64,000 nucleotides of DNA from Thioploca sp. Lineage in GTDB: Bacteria > Pseudomonadota > Gammaproteobacteria > Beggiatoales > Beggiatoaceae. The notes under the pieces were generated by a model. That model worked only from the letters and a program-made list of their open reading frames with translations. It searched no databases and was not told the origin of the DNA. Within the stretch, counting starts at the first letter, position 1. Each line of letters opens with the position of its first letter. Position numbers and translations under genes: made by a program. The stretch lies in the NCBI GenBank assembly GCA_030627235.1, contig DAOUSL010000002.1, forward strand, positions 366 through 64,365, in the 5' to 3' direction. This document shows positions 49,311-58,774 of the stretch, piece after piece.

Positions 49311-50326
49311 TAATTTTCACTACCAATAATAAATAAGTTTCTCTGGCCTCTACGTTTAGGATATTCCTTTATATCTTTGATCTCACCTTTATACTCAACG
49401 TTTATTCCATCAACATTGCCAACCTTCAAATAAAAAGGTGGAGTACCATCCCGAGATAAAGATTTGCCAACACTACCAATACCTTCATATAAACTAGCTT
49501 TAGTTTTATCAGTAATTCGCATCCAAGCTTTAGCTTTAAAATGAACTTTTATCGTTTTGTCATTTACTGGCGGAATGGTTTCAACAATTGGTTCAATATT
49601 TTCTTCTATATTAACATTATTCTGGTTATTAATAACCGTTTCTTCAAATTCAGGAACAGGAATTGTGAGATCAGGTTCAATAGGAATAGTTGGCCCAGTT
49701 TCTGATATCATTGGAATTATTGGAGGTGATTCAGGATATTGCCACATTGCTACCAAGACCAATAAAATTATAACAACCACAACTGTCCCAAAAATATGCA
49801 ATGGATCATGTCGGGTGGCTTGCTCTTTACGTTTCATTGGAGGATGCAATTTTGGTTGTTGACCGTCTGGGTCAAAAGTATCCAAAATAGATTCTGGTTT
49901 TACATTAAGTAATTTAGCGTAATTACGCATATAACCACGTATAAAAATAGGTGGTGGTAAATGCTCGTAGTCATCAGCTTCAAGTTTTTCTATAACCGTA
50001 GAATCTAAAAATAATCGATCTGCTACATGTTTAATTGACACATTATTTTGTTCTCGCAATTTGCGTAAACGTAATCCTGGAGCTAAAATTTCTAATTCAT
50101 CTGGTTCCATATTATTTATCTGAACTTCATTTTGTTGATTAGCTTCTTGGCTAATATTCTTTTGATTAGATTCTGAAGATTCTTTAATTTCCTCAGATTC
50201 AGAAATAGTTTTAGCTTCCTCAGGCTCTGAAGATTCTTTAGTTTCCTCAGGCTCAGAAGTAGTTTTAGTTTCCTCACTCTGAGATTCAAGCTTGGTATCA
50301 TCACTTTTTTCGATAGTATTTGTCAT
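49310..50326 (-). CDS. rodZ: cytoskeleton protein RodZ with an acidic repeat N-terminal extension
   Basis: [53 protein letters not shown] (HTH), one TM segment, and a C-terminal DUF4115-like part. Sits between pilW and ispG as in other gammaproteobacteria. Confidence 0.8.
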   Translation of the reverse strand: MTNTIEKSDDTKLESQSEETKTTSEPEETKESSEPEEAKTISESEEIKESSESNQKNISQEANQQNEVQINNMEPDELEILAPGLRLRKLREQNNVSIKHVADRLFLDSTVIEKLEADDYEHLPPPIFIRGYMRNYAKLLNVKPESILDTFDPDGQQPKLHPPMKRKEQATRHDPLHIFGTVVVVIILLVLVAMWQYPESPPIIPMISETGPTIPIEPDLTIPVPEFEETVINNQNNVNIEENIEPIVETIPPVNDKTIKVHFKAKAWMRITDKTKASLYEGIGSVGKSLSRDGTPPFYLKVGNVDGINVEYKGEIKDIKEYPKRRGQRNLFIIGSEN

Positions 50327-50335
50327 AATGTAACT

Positions 50336-51097
50336 CTAATAATAGTTTTTTTGATTCAGCATTTGAATTTCGGTTGAATCTGGGAAATTTTTACGCAATA
50401 ATAATATATAACTTGCTTCTTTATCTCTGTTATTCAGAGCTTTTTCTATGCGGATTCCTAGCCATAAAGTCTGAGGCGTATGTTTGGCTATTCTTAAATA
50501 CCGTAATAAGTAATCATTTGCCTGAGGATAATGATTTTGTTGATATTTTAATACAGCCATTTGATATAAAGCTCTAGGGAATTTGATGTTATTTTGTAAA
50601 GCTTTACGCAAGTATTTTTCAGCTTTATCAATTTCTTTATTATGCAATGCACATATTCCAGCATTAGTATATGGAATTTCTGGAATTCTGTAAACTGGGT
50701 TACTAACTGCTATAAGAAAATGTTTCTCTGCTTCTTCCCATTTGTTCAATTGGCATAAAAATTGTCCATAATTACTATGAATATCTGAATTTTCTGGCTC
50801 GTATTTTAAGGCTTGTTGATAATGAGATGCCGCTTTTTCAGTTTCATTAACTCGTTCATATAAAACCGCAATAGCATTATGACCTTTAGCAAAAGATGGG
50901 CAGAAATTTAATGATTTTTTAAAACGTTGTAGAGCAATATCATTTTTTTGTCGTCTCATGTACTCAATGCCTAATTGTACATTTATTTCAGCATTTTTTT
51001 TATCTTTAGGCAAACAAGTACCTTTAAAGTTAGGCGTACAAGCATTAATTAGCATAATCAGCAGAAATAATACACATAATTTGTATATTTGCTTCAT
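50336..51097 (-). CDS. pilW: type IV pilus biogenesis/stability TPR lipoprotein PilW
   Basis: MKQIYKLCVLFLLIMLINAC lipoprotein-like start, TPR repeats, and the conserved rlmN-pilW-rodZ position. Confidence 0.7.
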   Translation of the reverse strand: MKQIYKLCVLFLLIMLINACTPNFKGTCLPKDKKNAEINVQLGIEYMRRQKNDIALQRFKKSLNFCPSFAKGHNAIAVLYERVNETEKAASHYQQALKYEPENSDIHSNYGQFLCQLNKWEEAEKHFLIAVSNPVYRIPEIPYTNAGICALHNKEIDKAEKYLRKALQNNIKFPRALYQMAVLKYQQNHYPQANDYLLRYLRIAKHTPQTLWLGIRIEKALNNRDKEASYILLLRKNFPDSTEIQMLNQKNYY

Positions 51098-51315
51098 AAT
51101 ATTTATTATCAAATAGTTTAAATATAAAATCATTAATCTAATTATTAAACTAATAAAATTATAAAATAGTTAATTTTTTAAAATTAGGAGACTATCAATA
51201 TGTCACTTTAATTAAAAATATATCAGATAGATAATTCCTTAATCTTAAAAGAAATACAAAATAACTGTTTACACAGATATCCAAAATTGAATAAATCCTA
51301 ACCTTCAACTAAATA

Positions 51316-52380
51316 TTAATCAGCCTTGATTCTCAAATTTTGTACTTTACCAGCCAATTGTCCACAAGCAGCATTTATATCATCACCCCTTATTTTACGA
51401 GTTACGGTTACTAACCCAGCACGAATAAGGATATCGCGAAAATTATCTATGGTCTCAGTTGTAGAACATTCGTAAGTAATACCAGGAAATGGATTGAATG
51501 GAATCAGGTTTATTTTAGCTAAAATACCACGTAATAATTTTGCCAATTCTGTAGCATGAGAAGGGCTATCATTAATACCTTTTAACATAATATATTCAAA
51601 AGTAACATGACTGTTACCCTGAGCATAATCTCGACAAGTTTTCATTAAATCAGCTAATGGATATTTTTTATTGATTGGTATTAATTGATTACGCAATTCA
51701 TCATTGGGAGCATGTAAAGATATAGCAAGGCTAACTGGACATTGTTCTTTTAACTTTATCAAAGCAGGTACAATTCCAACTGTACTCAAAGTTATACGTC
51801 GGCGTGATAATCCATAGGAAAAATCATCTAACATAATGTTTATTGCTTTGATTACATTATCAAAATTAATCAATGGCTCTCCCATACCCATTATTACTAC
51901 ATTGCTAATAGCATGTTTAAAATTTTCTGGTACACAGCCATCAGCAATAATAATCTGTTCTGCTAACCATAATTGGCCAATAATTTCAGCAGTAGTCAAA
52001 TTACGATTGAAACCTTGTTTTCCAGTCGCACAAAATGTACAATCCAATGCACATCCAGCTTGAGAAGAAATACATAAAGTATTACGTCCTTCCTCAGGAA
52101 TGAACACCATTTCAATACTATTCTCACTATCAAGCTTCACCAACCATTTACGAGTTCCATCTTGGGAAACTTGCATGGTTTGAATTTCAGGTAACTTAAG
52201 ACAGGCAATAGTTTGCAAGCGGCTTCGTAAGTCCTTGCTCAAATTGGTCATGTCAGCAAATTCAAGAACGTTTTGCTGATATACCCATTTCATTATTTGA
52301 GTAGCACGAAATGATTTTTCGCCAAGTTCTTCAAAAAATGTAATTAATCCTTCTCGATCCAAATTGAGCAAGTTTATCAT
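51316..52380 (-). CDS. rlmN: 23S rRNA / tRNA m2A methyltransferase, radical SAM
   Basis: [26 protein letters not shown]; MGMGEPL; CGQL. Confidence 0.95.
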   Translation of the reverse strand: MINLLNLDREGLITFFEELGEKSFRATQIMKWVYQQNVLEFADMTNLSKDLRSRLQTIACLKLPEIQTMQVSQDGTRKWLVKLDSENSIEMVFIPEEGRNTLCISSQAGCALDCTFCATGKQGFNRNLTTAEIIGQLWLAEQIIIADGCVPENFKHAISNVVIMGMGEPLINFDNVIKAINIMLDDFSYGLSRRRITLSTVGIVPALIKLKEQCPVSLAISLHAPNDELRNQLIPINKKYPLADLMKTCRDYAQGNSHVTFEYIMLKGINDSPSHATELAKLLRGILAKINLIPFNPFPGITYECSTTETIDNFRDILIRAGLVTVTRKIRGDDINAACGQLAGKVQNLRIKAD

Positions 52381-52811
52381 TATCTAGTACGTGGGCAAAG
52401 TTCTGAATCAGTGAAGAAAAAAGCAATTTCAGTTTTAGCTGTATCCGTAGCATCAGAACCATGTACTGCATTTTCGTCAACGGTTTCAGCAAAGTCAGCT
52501 CGAATAGTTCCTGGTTTTGCATCTTTTGGATTAGTTGCTCCCATAATATTACGGTGTACAGCAACAGCATTTTCTCGTTCTAACACTTGTACCATTACTG
52601 GTCCAGATAACATAAAATCAACTAGTTCTCCAAAAAAAGGACGTTCTTTATGTATAGCGTAAAAGCCTTCTGCTTGTTCACGAGTTAAATGCAACATTTT
52701 AGCTGCAATAATGCGTAAACCACCTTTTTCAAACCGAGAATAGATTTCGCCAATTACATTTTTAGCAATAGCATCTGGTTTAATAATTGACAAAGTACGT
52801 TCAACTGCCAT
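52380..52811 (-). CDS. ndk: nucleoside diphosphate kinase
   Basis: [11 protein letters not shown]; FY..H..RPFF; NAVHGSD. Confidence 0.95.
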   Translation of the reverse strand: MAVERTLSIIKPDAIAKNVIGEIYSRFEKGGLRIIAAKMLHLTREQAEGFYAIHKERPFFGELVDFMLSGPVMVQVLERENAVAVHRNIMGATNPKDAKPGTIRADFAETVDENAVHGSDATDTAKTEIAFFFTDSELCPRTR

Positions 52812-53156
52812 TTGGTATATAGCTCCATTAAAATGATTAAATTCTTAATATATGTTCAGTAAAATATTTTGGGTTAATCTGTCTGCATAATATTTGGTTA
52901 GCAGGTTTTTATGCTTTAAAATATCAATCCAACTGCAATATCATAACATAAATTTGCCTACATTTTAAATAAAATATAGGCATTTAATATAGGTATAGGA
53001 CTTACACTTTGTTAAAAGAATTATTTTATAAATATGTAAAAATCCAATAACTTATTCTAAAGGATGTGGTTGCAATATAATATATTTAACTTTTTTGCCC
53101 AACCATTGAGGATAATTATAATGGATTATTTTTACAAATCATAATGTTATATAAAT

Positions 53157-53219
53157 GTAGGATGCAATGAACGAAGTGAATTGCATCAAAATGTAATTCG
53201 TAAACTCATTACATCCTAC
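53157..53219 (-). repeat. 63-nt inverted REP doublet, copy B (reverse orientation relative to copies A and C)
   Basis: The reverse complement is identical to copy A at 61 of 63 positions. Shared flanks with copy C extend the match to 53146-53227. Confidence 0.8.
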
Positions 53220-53413
53220 ATAAAGTCAGTTAATACAATCATACTTAGTTATATTACTTTCGGTATTTAGGAAACGATGTATAATAAAAACTGAACAATT
53301 ATCTATTGATGGAATATTTTTTAGATTACCAGATAAAGTCTATACATATGTGAAAATAATTTTGATTATAAATACATGTTTTTCAGACTTCAATAACTAA
53401 TTACATTTTAAAA

Positions 53414-54163
53414 ATGAATAATTTAAAAACTATTATTGTGATTCCAGCTCGTTTAAATTCTTCACGTTTAGCTAATAAAATTTTAGCAGATATTGCTGGT
53501 CAACCGATGTTATGGCATGTTTATAATCGTTGTTTACAAGTTGCCAAAGTAAGTGAAGTACATGTTGTGACTGATGCTGAAGAAATTGCTACTCAAGTAA
53601 CAAATTGGGGAGGAAAAGCATGGATGACAGAATCTGCCTGTGCTTCTGGGACTGAGAGAATAGTGGCAATTTTGGATAATTTAGATGCTGATATTATTAT
53701 CAACGTACAAGCTGACCAACCTTTGATAGAGCCAGAGATAATAAATCAATTAATTGAAGTGTTTGCTAATACTAATCCGTTACCAGATATTGTAACTCCA
53801 GCCTATCCAATTACAACAACTGCTAAATTATTTGATCCTAATTTGGTCAAAATAGCTAGACAACATGATGGTTATGCTCTATATTTTTCTCGTAATCCAA
53901 TTCCTTATGTGCGAGATATTGATAATAATGAATGGGTTAAGAAAAATAACTTTTTTGGACATGTTGGTATTTATGGTTATCGAAGAAATATATTGGAAGA
54001 ATATACAACGTTGCCACACAGCCCACTAGAACAAGCTGAAAAATTAGAACAATTAAGATTTCTACAAGCTGGCAAAAATATTTATACTTTTATCACAGAA
54101 CATGATGTAATTTCTGTTGACACTCAAGCTGATTTAGAACAAGTACGAGCTAAATTTAAATAA
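53414..54163 (+). CDS. kdsB: 3-deoxy-manno-octulosonate cytidylyltransferase
   Basis: IIVIPARLNSSRLANKILADIAGQPMLWHV; NVQADQPLI; HVGIYGYR. Confidence 0.9.
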   Translation: MNNLKTIIVIPARLNSSRLANKILADIAGQPMLWHVYNRCLQVAKVSEVHVVTDAEEIATQVTNWGGKAWMTESACASGTERIVAILDNLDADIIINVQADQPLIEPEIINQLIEVFANTNPLPDIVTPAYPITTTAKLFDPNLVKIARQHDGYALYFSRNPIPYVRDIDNNEWVKKNNFFGHVGIYGYRRNILEEYTTLPHSPLEQAEKLEQLRFLQAGKNIYTFITEHDVISVDTQADLEQVRAKFK

Positions 54164-54203
54164 TTAGCATGACTGAACAGTGTATATTAATTACAGACTT
54201 TAT

Positions 54204-54266
54204 GTAGGATGTAATGAGTTTACGAATTACATCTTGATGCAATTCCCTTCGGTCATTGCATCCTAC
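54204..54266 (+). repeat. 63-nt inverted REP doublet, copy C
   Basis: Identical to copy A at 62 of 63 positions. Shared flanks with copy B extend the match to 54196-54277. Confidence 0.8.
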
Positions 54267-54333
54267 ATTTATATAACTTTAATTTAGGAAAAATTTCTAT
54301 CTGCACACTGTTCAGTTAGATTGCCAGCCATAA

Positions 54334-55563
54334 TTAATATCTATTCACTGGCATAAAATGTTTAGCCCAGCGTTCTAATTTACTATGTTCATCTACTTTA
54401 TTGAAAGTTGGCTGTCCACTTGAATCTCTTTCTACTAATACTACTTGTTCTGGCTGTAACAAATCTAAAAAATAAGGAGAATGTGTAGTTAAAATAATTT
54501 GAGTTTTACCAGCATTTACAATTTTACAAATTTCTTCTACCATTAAACGAATAGTACGAGGGTCTAAACCATTTTCGATCTCTTCAATTACAATTAATGG
54601 TGGAGGATTTGGATGTCGTAATAATGCTAATAATGCTACGATTCGTAAAGTACCAGTTGATAATAACCAATCAGCAATTTTACATTCTCCTTCCGTTAAT
54701 TCCATGTAAACATTACGTTCTAATTCTGTGCTTAATACGACTTGTAAATTTTGAGCATATGGTAATATACGTTGTAATGTTTCTAAAATTCCACTAAATA
54801 CTTCTGGATTTAATTTACGAATACTTAACAAATATTTAGCAATGTTAGAACCATCTTTATTTAATTGTACTTCTCTACTAACTCGTTTTTGACCAGTTGG
54901 TGCTAACATATTATCAGGATTTAAGGATATAAATTGCCAATCAAAACTATCCCAAAAATGTTTATTTTTATTGACATCATCCAGCCATCGCATCAACATA
55001 GTTGTAGAAAAAGAATCTCCCATGCTTCTAATATATCTGGATAAAGCAGCCCATAATGCAGAATTAGCTTTAGATAATATAGAAAATTCATTACTGGCTG
55101 GAGCAGAAAAATCAAAAGAATCTACTTCTGGAAAATAAAAGGCATTATTTGCTTTACGCTCAACCATTAATATATTGCTGAAAGCTAACTTTTCATTTTG
55201 AATTAAAAGTTCTTTTTCTTTATCAAGTGTTATTGCCATGTTTGCACAAAACTGAGAACCATTCATTTGTCTACATAGTTCAAATGTCATTGGATTGGAT
55301 TCATAAGTTCCATCTTCAGAGGTTTCTAGCTCATGAGGATTAATTTTATTTCGCAAATGTTCAAATCCACGCCATTTACTCATAGCAGTATCTAAACCAT
55401 GCTTAATAATTGTTTTATAAGTTTCTAAACCCTCAATAAAACTACTTTTTCCCGAACCATTATTACCAATGAAAACAGTCAACGGTACAAACTCAACAAT
55501 ATTACTATCTTGAATAGCTTTAAAATTTTTAATTTGAAAACTTTTTATGGCTAAATCATTCAT
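54334..55563 (-). CDS. solitary AAA_15/AAA_21-type ATPase
   Basis: FQIKNFKAI....VEFVPLTVFIGNNGSGKSSFIEGL; LSTGTLRIVALLALL; LIVIEEIENGLDP; IILTTHSPYFLDLL. The ATG at 55563 has an AAGGA Shine-Dalgarno upstream. Confidence 0.7.
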   Translation of the reverse strand: MNDLAIKSFQIKNFKAIQDSNIVEFVPLTVFIGNNGSGKSSFIEGLETYKTIIKHGLDTAMSKWRGFEHLRNKINPHELETSEDGTYESNPMTFELCRQMNGSQFCANMAITLDKEKELLIQNEKLAFSNILMVERKANNAFYFPEVDSFDFSAPASNEFSILSKANSALWAALSRYIRSMGDSFSTTMLMRWLDDVNKNKHFWDSFDWQFISLNPDNMLAPTGQKRVSREVQLNKDGSNIAKYLLSIRKLNPEVFSGILETLQRILPYAQNLQVVLSTELERNVYMELTEGECKIADWLLSTGTLRIVALLALLRHPNPPPLIVIEEIENGLDPRTIRLMVEEICKIVNAGKTQIILTTHSPYFLDLLQPEQVVLVERDSSGQPTFNKVDEHSKLERWAKHFMPVNRY

Positions 55564-55871
55564 TATATAAATCCTTATAAGCTTTTTCACATCAGTATAT
55601 CATATTTTTCTTATATTATTTAGAATGCTTTAATTCATTAATATTACTTATAAAATATAGATTTTGAGCCTGTCTTTGGAATGATAAAAATAGTATATTA
55701 TAAATATTTATGGATTGATAATTAAAACAAATATTATTCTAAATTAAACTATTAATGTCTATAAAATGGTAAAATTAAAAATAGAGTTACAAACCAATAT
55801 AGTAACCATATGTTATTGCTTAACATTAATTCTATATAAAAGACAAAAAATCTTAGAAAGACAAAAATTAT

Positions 55872-56393
55872 ATGCAAGATAAAAAATTATTGGTTATTTT
55901 TCTAATAAATTATTTATTTTGGTTAATAGCACCTGTTAACCCAGCAAATATATCTTGTAATACTTTAGCTGCTGATGAAGTTTCTTTTATTTCAACTACT
56001 GGTCGTCTGGTAATCCCAAAAGTTACTATTGATGAAGATACAAGTTATAACGTAATTATGCAGCAAGAACAAGATGATAAACTATTATTTTCTATAACCA
56101 AAGTTATACCAATTCCAACATTTAAAGAAAGATATAAAAGTATAATTTATGGACAAACTAAACAAGAAATTGCACAACTTCTTGGATTTCCAGCTATTAC
56201 TCGGCAATTAGAAAAACGAGAAGGTTCTGGTTCTATTCCTAACAATATTTATCTGGGTGATCTTTATGAGCATTGGCAGTATTTATTAAAAGGTAGAGTT
56301 TATATTGTTTGGTTTGCTGCTACCCAAGATAATCCAAAAAATATATGGACAGTGATTGGTAAAACTACTTTTTTAGATGGTACAATATTTTAA
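55872..56393 (+). CDS. hypothetical exported protein
   Basis: ORF track only. Hydrophobic N-terminus; no family recognised. Confidence 0.35.
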   Translation: MQDKKLLVIFLINYLFWLIAPVNPANISCNTLAADEVSFISTTGRLVIPKVTIDEDTSYNVIMQQEQDDKLLFSITKVIPIPTFKERYKSIIYGQTKQEIAQLLGFPAITRQLEKREGSGSIPNNIYLGDLYEHWQYLLKGRVYIVWFAATQDNPKNIWTVIGKTTFLDGTIF

Positions 56394-56447
56394 ATTAAAT
56401 CTAATTAACTGCATCATGATTTTTCAAAAAACTAGCTATCTATTATA

Positions 56448-57642
56448 AACTGAAGTTACGCAAAGTAAAATAAATACTAGAATAAGAATAACTAACAAAA
56501 ATAATGTTAGATAGCCTTCAAAACTTGTAGTTCGTGAAAAGCAGTTTTGATAGCTTTAAGATATAATTTAGAACGTAAAGCGAAGTGATTAAAATTATTA
56601 GATATTTTTAATCTTTCCATCTTGAAAACAGCTATAATAGAAGCAAAAATGTGATTAGATTGCGAAACGATTTTTTGAGCAGGTGATTTAGCTAATGCAG
56701 CGTTAGATTTAAGCGATTTATGAAAGACTTCGACTTTCCACCGTTTCTGATAGATTGTAGTAATGTCTTTCCACTGTAAGTCCAATTTACTGCAAGTCAG
56801 ATACAGGATACCAGTGCTATCATCTTTGTTCGTAAAGACTTGGCGGGCAAGACAAACGGGAAAATCCATGCCTTTTAACCAACCGGTTATAGCTTCCTGT
56901 TCTGACCATTGGATTTGATCTACACGAGTGAAACGACCTTGTAATTTATCTTCCATACTTAATGCTACTAAACGATTACTTTTCAATGCTCCTATAAAGT
57001 CTTTGTCATGTTTCACTTTTATATGTTCAAGATTGTCTACTGAACTAAACCAACTATCAAATAATACATAACTAAAATCTAGCTGATTTTGCATACAAGT
57101 ATTTATCATATCTCTCATTAACTCATTCTTTGTAACCTCACTACGTCGTTTCTCTTTGCCAGTTTTTGGGTCTGTGAATTTTATTGGTTTATGAATTAAT
57201 TCAAAACTCACTGGTATTGATATATTATCTGCATTATACAAGCAATTCAATAAGTTTATCCCTTTCACATTACGTCCTTTAGTATGGTCATAATGCCAAC
57301 ATATTAGCTCATTTTCCTTCATACTGGGTTTTTCTTGAATCGTGTCATCGAATATCAATACACCATTTGCCGATTCTATTTCACGCACTGTTGGCTTTAC
57401 CTGTTGCCACAAGTCTTTCGATGTATATTCTTCTTTTGATAAGAATCTTGTAAATGTATCGTGGCTTATGTCTCCATCTAATAAGTTTGATAACCCTGTC
57501 GCTGTTGCGTATCCAAATGTTACCATTAAGTAATCTGTATACAAATCTAATTGATATTTATCCATTTTTTGATTATAACTTAATTTACTTTGAATTTACA
57601 TTATTTATGGTTACATTTATAATACTTTGCGTAACTTCAGTT
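56448..57642 (-). mobile_element. IS4-superfamily insertion sequence (1195 bp, single transposase ORF)
   Basis: Perfect 20-bp terminal inverted repeats: AACTGAAGTTACGCAAAGTA (56448-56467) and its reverse complement at 57623-57642. They enclose the transposase ORF. Confidence 0.8.
56507..57565 (-). CDS. DDE transposase, IS4/IS701-like
   Basis: YQKRWKVEVFHKSLK is the Y-(2)-R-(3)-E-(6)-K signature of IS4-type DDE transposases. IFDDT and LFDSWF are candidate D residues. Confidence 0.8.
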   Translation of the reverse strand: MDKYQLDLYTDYLMVTFGYATATGLSNLLDGDISHDTFTRFLSKEEYTSKDLWQQVKPTVREIESANGVLIFDDTIQEKPSMKENELICWHYDHTKGRNVKGINLLNCLYNADNISIPVSFELIHKPIKFTDPKTGKEKRRSEVTKNELMRDMINTCMQNQLDFSYVLFDSWFSSVDNLEHIKVKHDKDFIGALKSNRLVALSMEDKLQGRFTRVDQIQWSEQEAITGWLKGMDFPVCLARQVFTNKDDSTGILYLTCSKLDLQWKDITTIYQKRWKVEVFHKSLKSNAALAKSPAQKIVSQSNHIFASIIAVFKMERLKISNNFNHFALRSKLYLKAIKTAFHELQVLKAI

Positions 57643-58196
57643 AATAATAAAGATACTAAAATAACAATGATAACAACCACTCCACTACGCAATAAATGTT
57701 CTTTAAATACTTTTAAATCTGATACTATATAAGCTGTACCAAGTATTTCATTTTTAAAAATTATAGGTTGGATAAATTCTAATTTGTTTCTGTGAAAATC
57801 ATAATATTTTTGATTTGGTGCTATATTATGTTGTATGTAATATTCCGTAATTGTTGTGAAATTATATTCGGTTTCGTTTAAGTAACCTTGTTTGAAATAA
57901 CTCGCATACTTAGTTCCATTTTTTGCAAATATATGTACTACAATAATATTTTTATTATCTTTTAAACCAGCAATATTCTCTTCAACTGTATTAGGTTTTT
58001 CAAATATAAGTCCAGCAGAACTGTTAATACCAATTAGATCAGCTAATACAGACAAATCTTTTACCATTTGTTGCCGAAATGTAAATAGGTCACTAGCAAC
58101 AAATGCAATCGAAGCTAAAAATATCACTACTGTACTGGTCAAAATAATAATTATTCTAAGTTTATTTTTAATAGAAATTTTGTTAAATACACGCAT
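57643..58196 (-). pseudogene. 5' part of a CHASE8-like membrane sensor (kinase or cyclase) truncated by the IS
   Basis: TM1 (IIIILTSTVVIFLASIAFV); periplasmic VKDLSVLADLIGINSSAGLIFEKPNTVEENIAGLKDNKNIIVVHIF..NG..YASY, resembling CHASE8 sensor modules as I remember them; TM2 (GVVVIIVILVSLLL). The reading frame then runs into the IS right end at 57642 and stops. No output domain exists. Confidence 0.5.
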
Positions 58197-58228
58197 AAGT
58201 TAGTATCCATCCAAAAAGTATAAACACT

Positions 58229-58759
58229 ATGTTTTTTAAAAAAATTAATCTAGTATTGATTGTATTTATAATAATGTATAATCAAAGTTACGCAGAGGTT
58301 CAAGAATACCAAGTTAAGGCAGTATTTTTATATAATTTTGCAAACTTTATTAAATGGCCAAAAAATACTTTTTCTAATCCTGACACACCATTTAGCATTT
58401 GTATTTTAGGAGATGATCCATTTCAACAAGAAATTGATATTACTATAAGAAATGAAAAAATAGAACAACGTCCAGTTGTTATACAAAGATTAAATAATTT
58501 AATAAAGATTAATATATGTCAAATATTATTTATTAGCCAATCTGAAACTAATTATTTGAAAGATATTCTAAATACCTTACAAAAATATCCAATTCTTACT
58601 GTTAGTGATATTGATACCTTTGTCATTGCAGGAGGTATGATTCAATTTTTTGTACAGAATCGAAGAGTAGGTTTTTATATTGCTCCAGATGTATTAAAAA
58701 CTATCAATTTAGAAATCAGTGCCAATCTATTGCGAGTTGCTAAGATTTTTCGTCAATAA
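58229..58759 (+). CDS. YfiR-family (DUF4154) periplasmic protein
   Basis: Signal peptide, then YQVKAVFLYNFANFIKWP, the DUF4154 hallmark. Confidence 0.7.
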   Translation: MFFKKINLVLIVFIIMYNQSYAEVQEYQVKAVFLYNFANFIKWPKNTFSNPDTPFSICILGDDPFQQEIDITIRNEKIEQRPVVIQRLNNLIKINICQILFISQSETNYLKDILNTLQKYPILTVSDIDTFVIAGGMIQFFVQNRRVGFYIAPDVLKTINLEISANLLRVAKIFRQ

Positions 58760-58774
58760 GTTATAACTCATATT

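Noticed and set aside
56440-57650. Target-site duplication flanking the IS
   Set aside because: The flanks (…CTATTATA | IS | AATAATAAAG…) are not identical direct repeats. This is consistent with an adjacent deletion rather than a simple insertion, so no TSD is reported.
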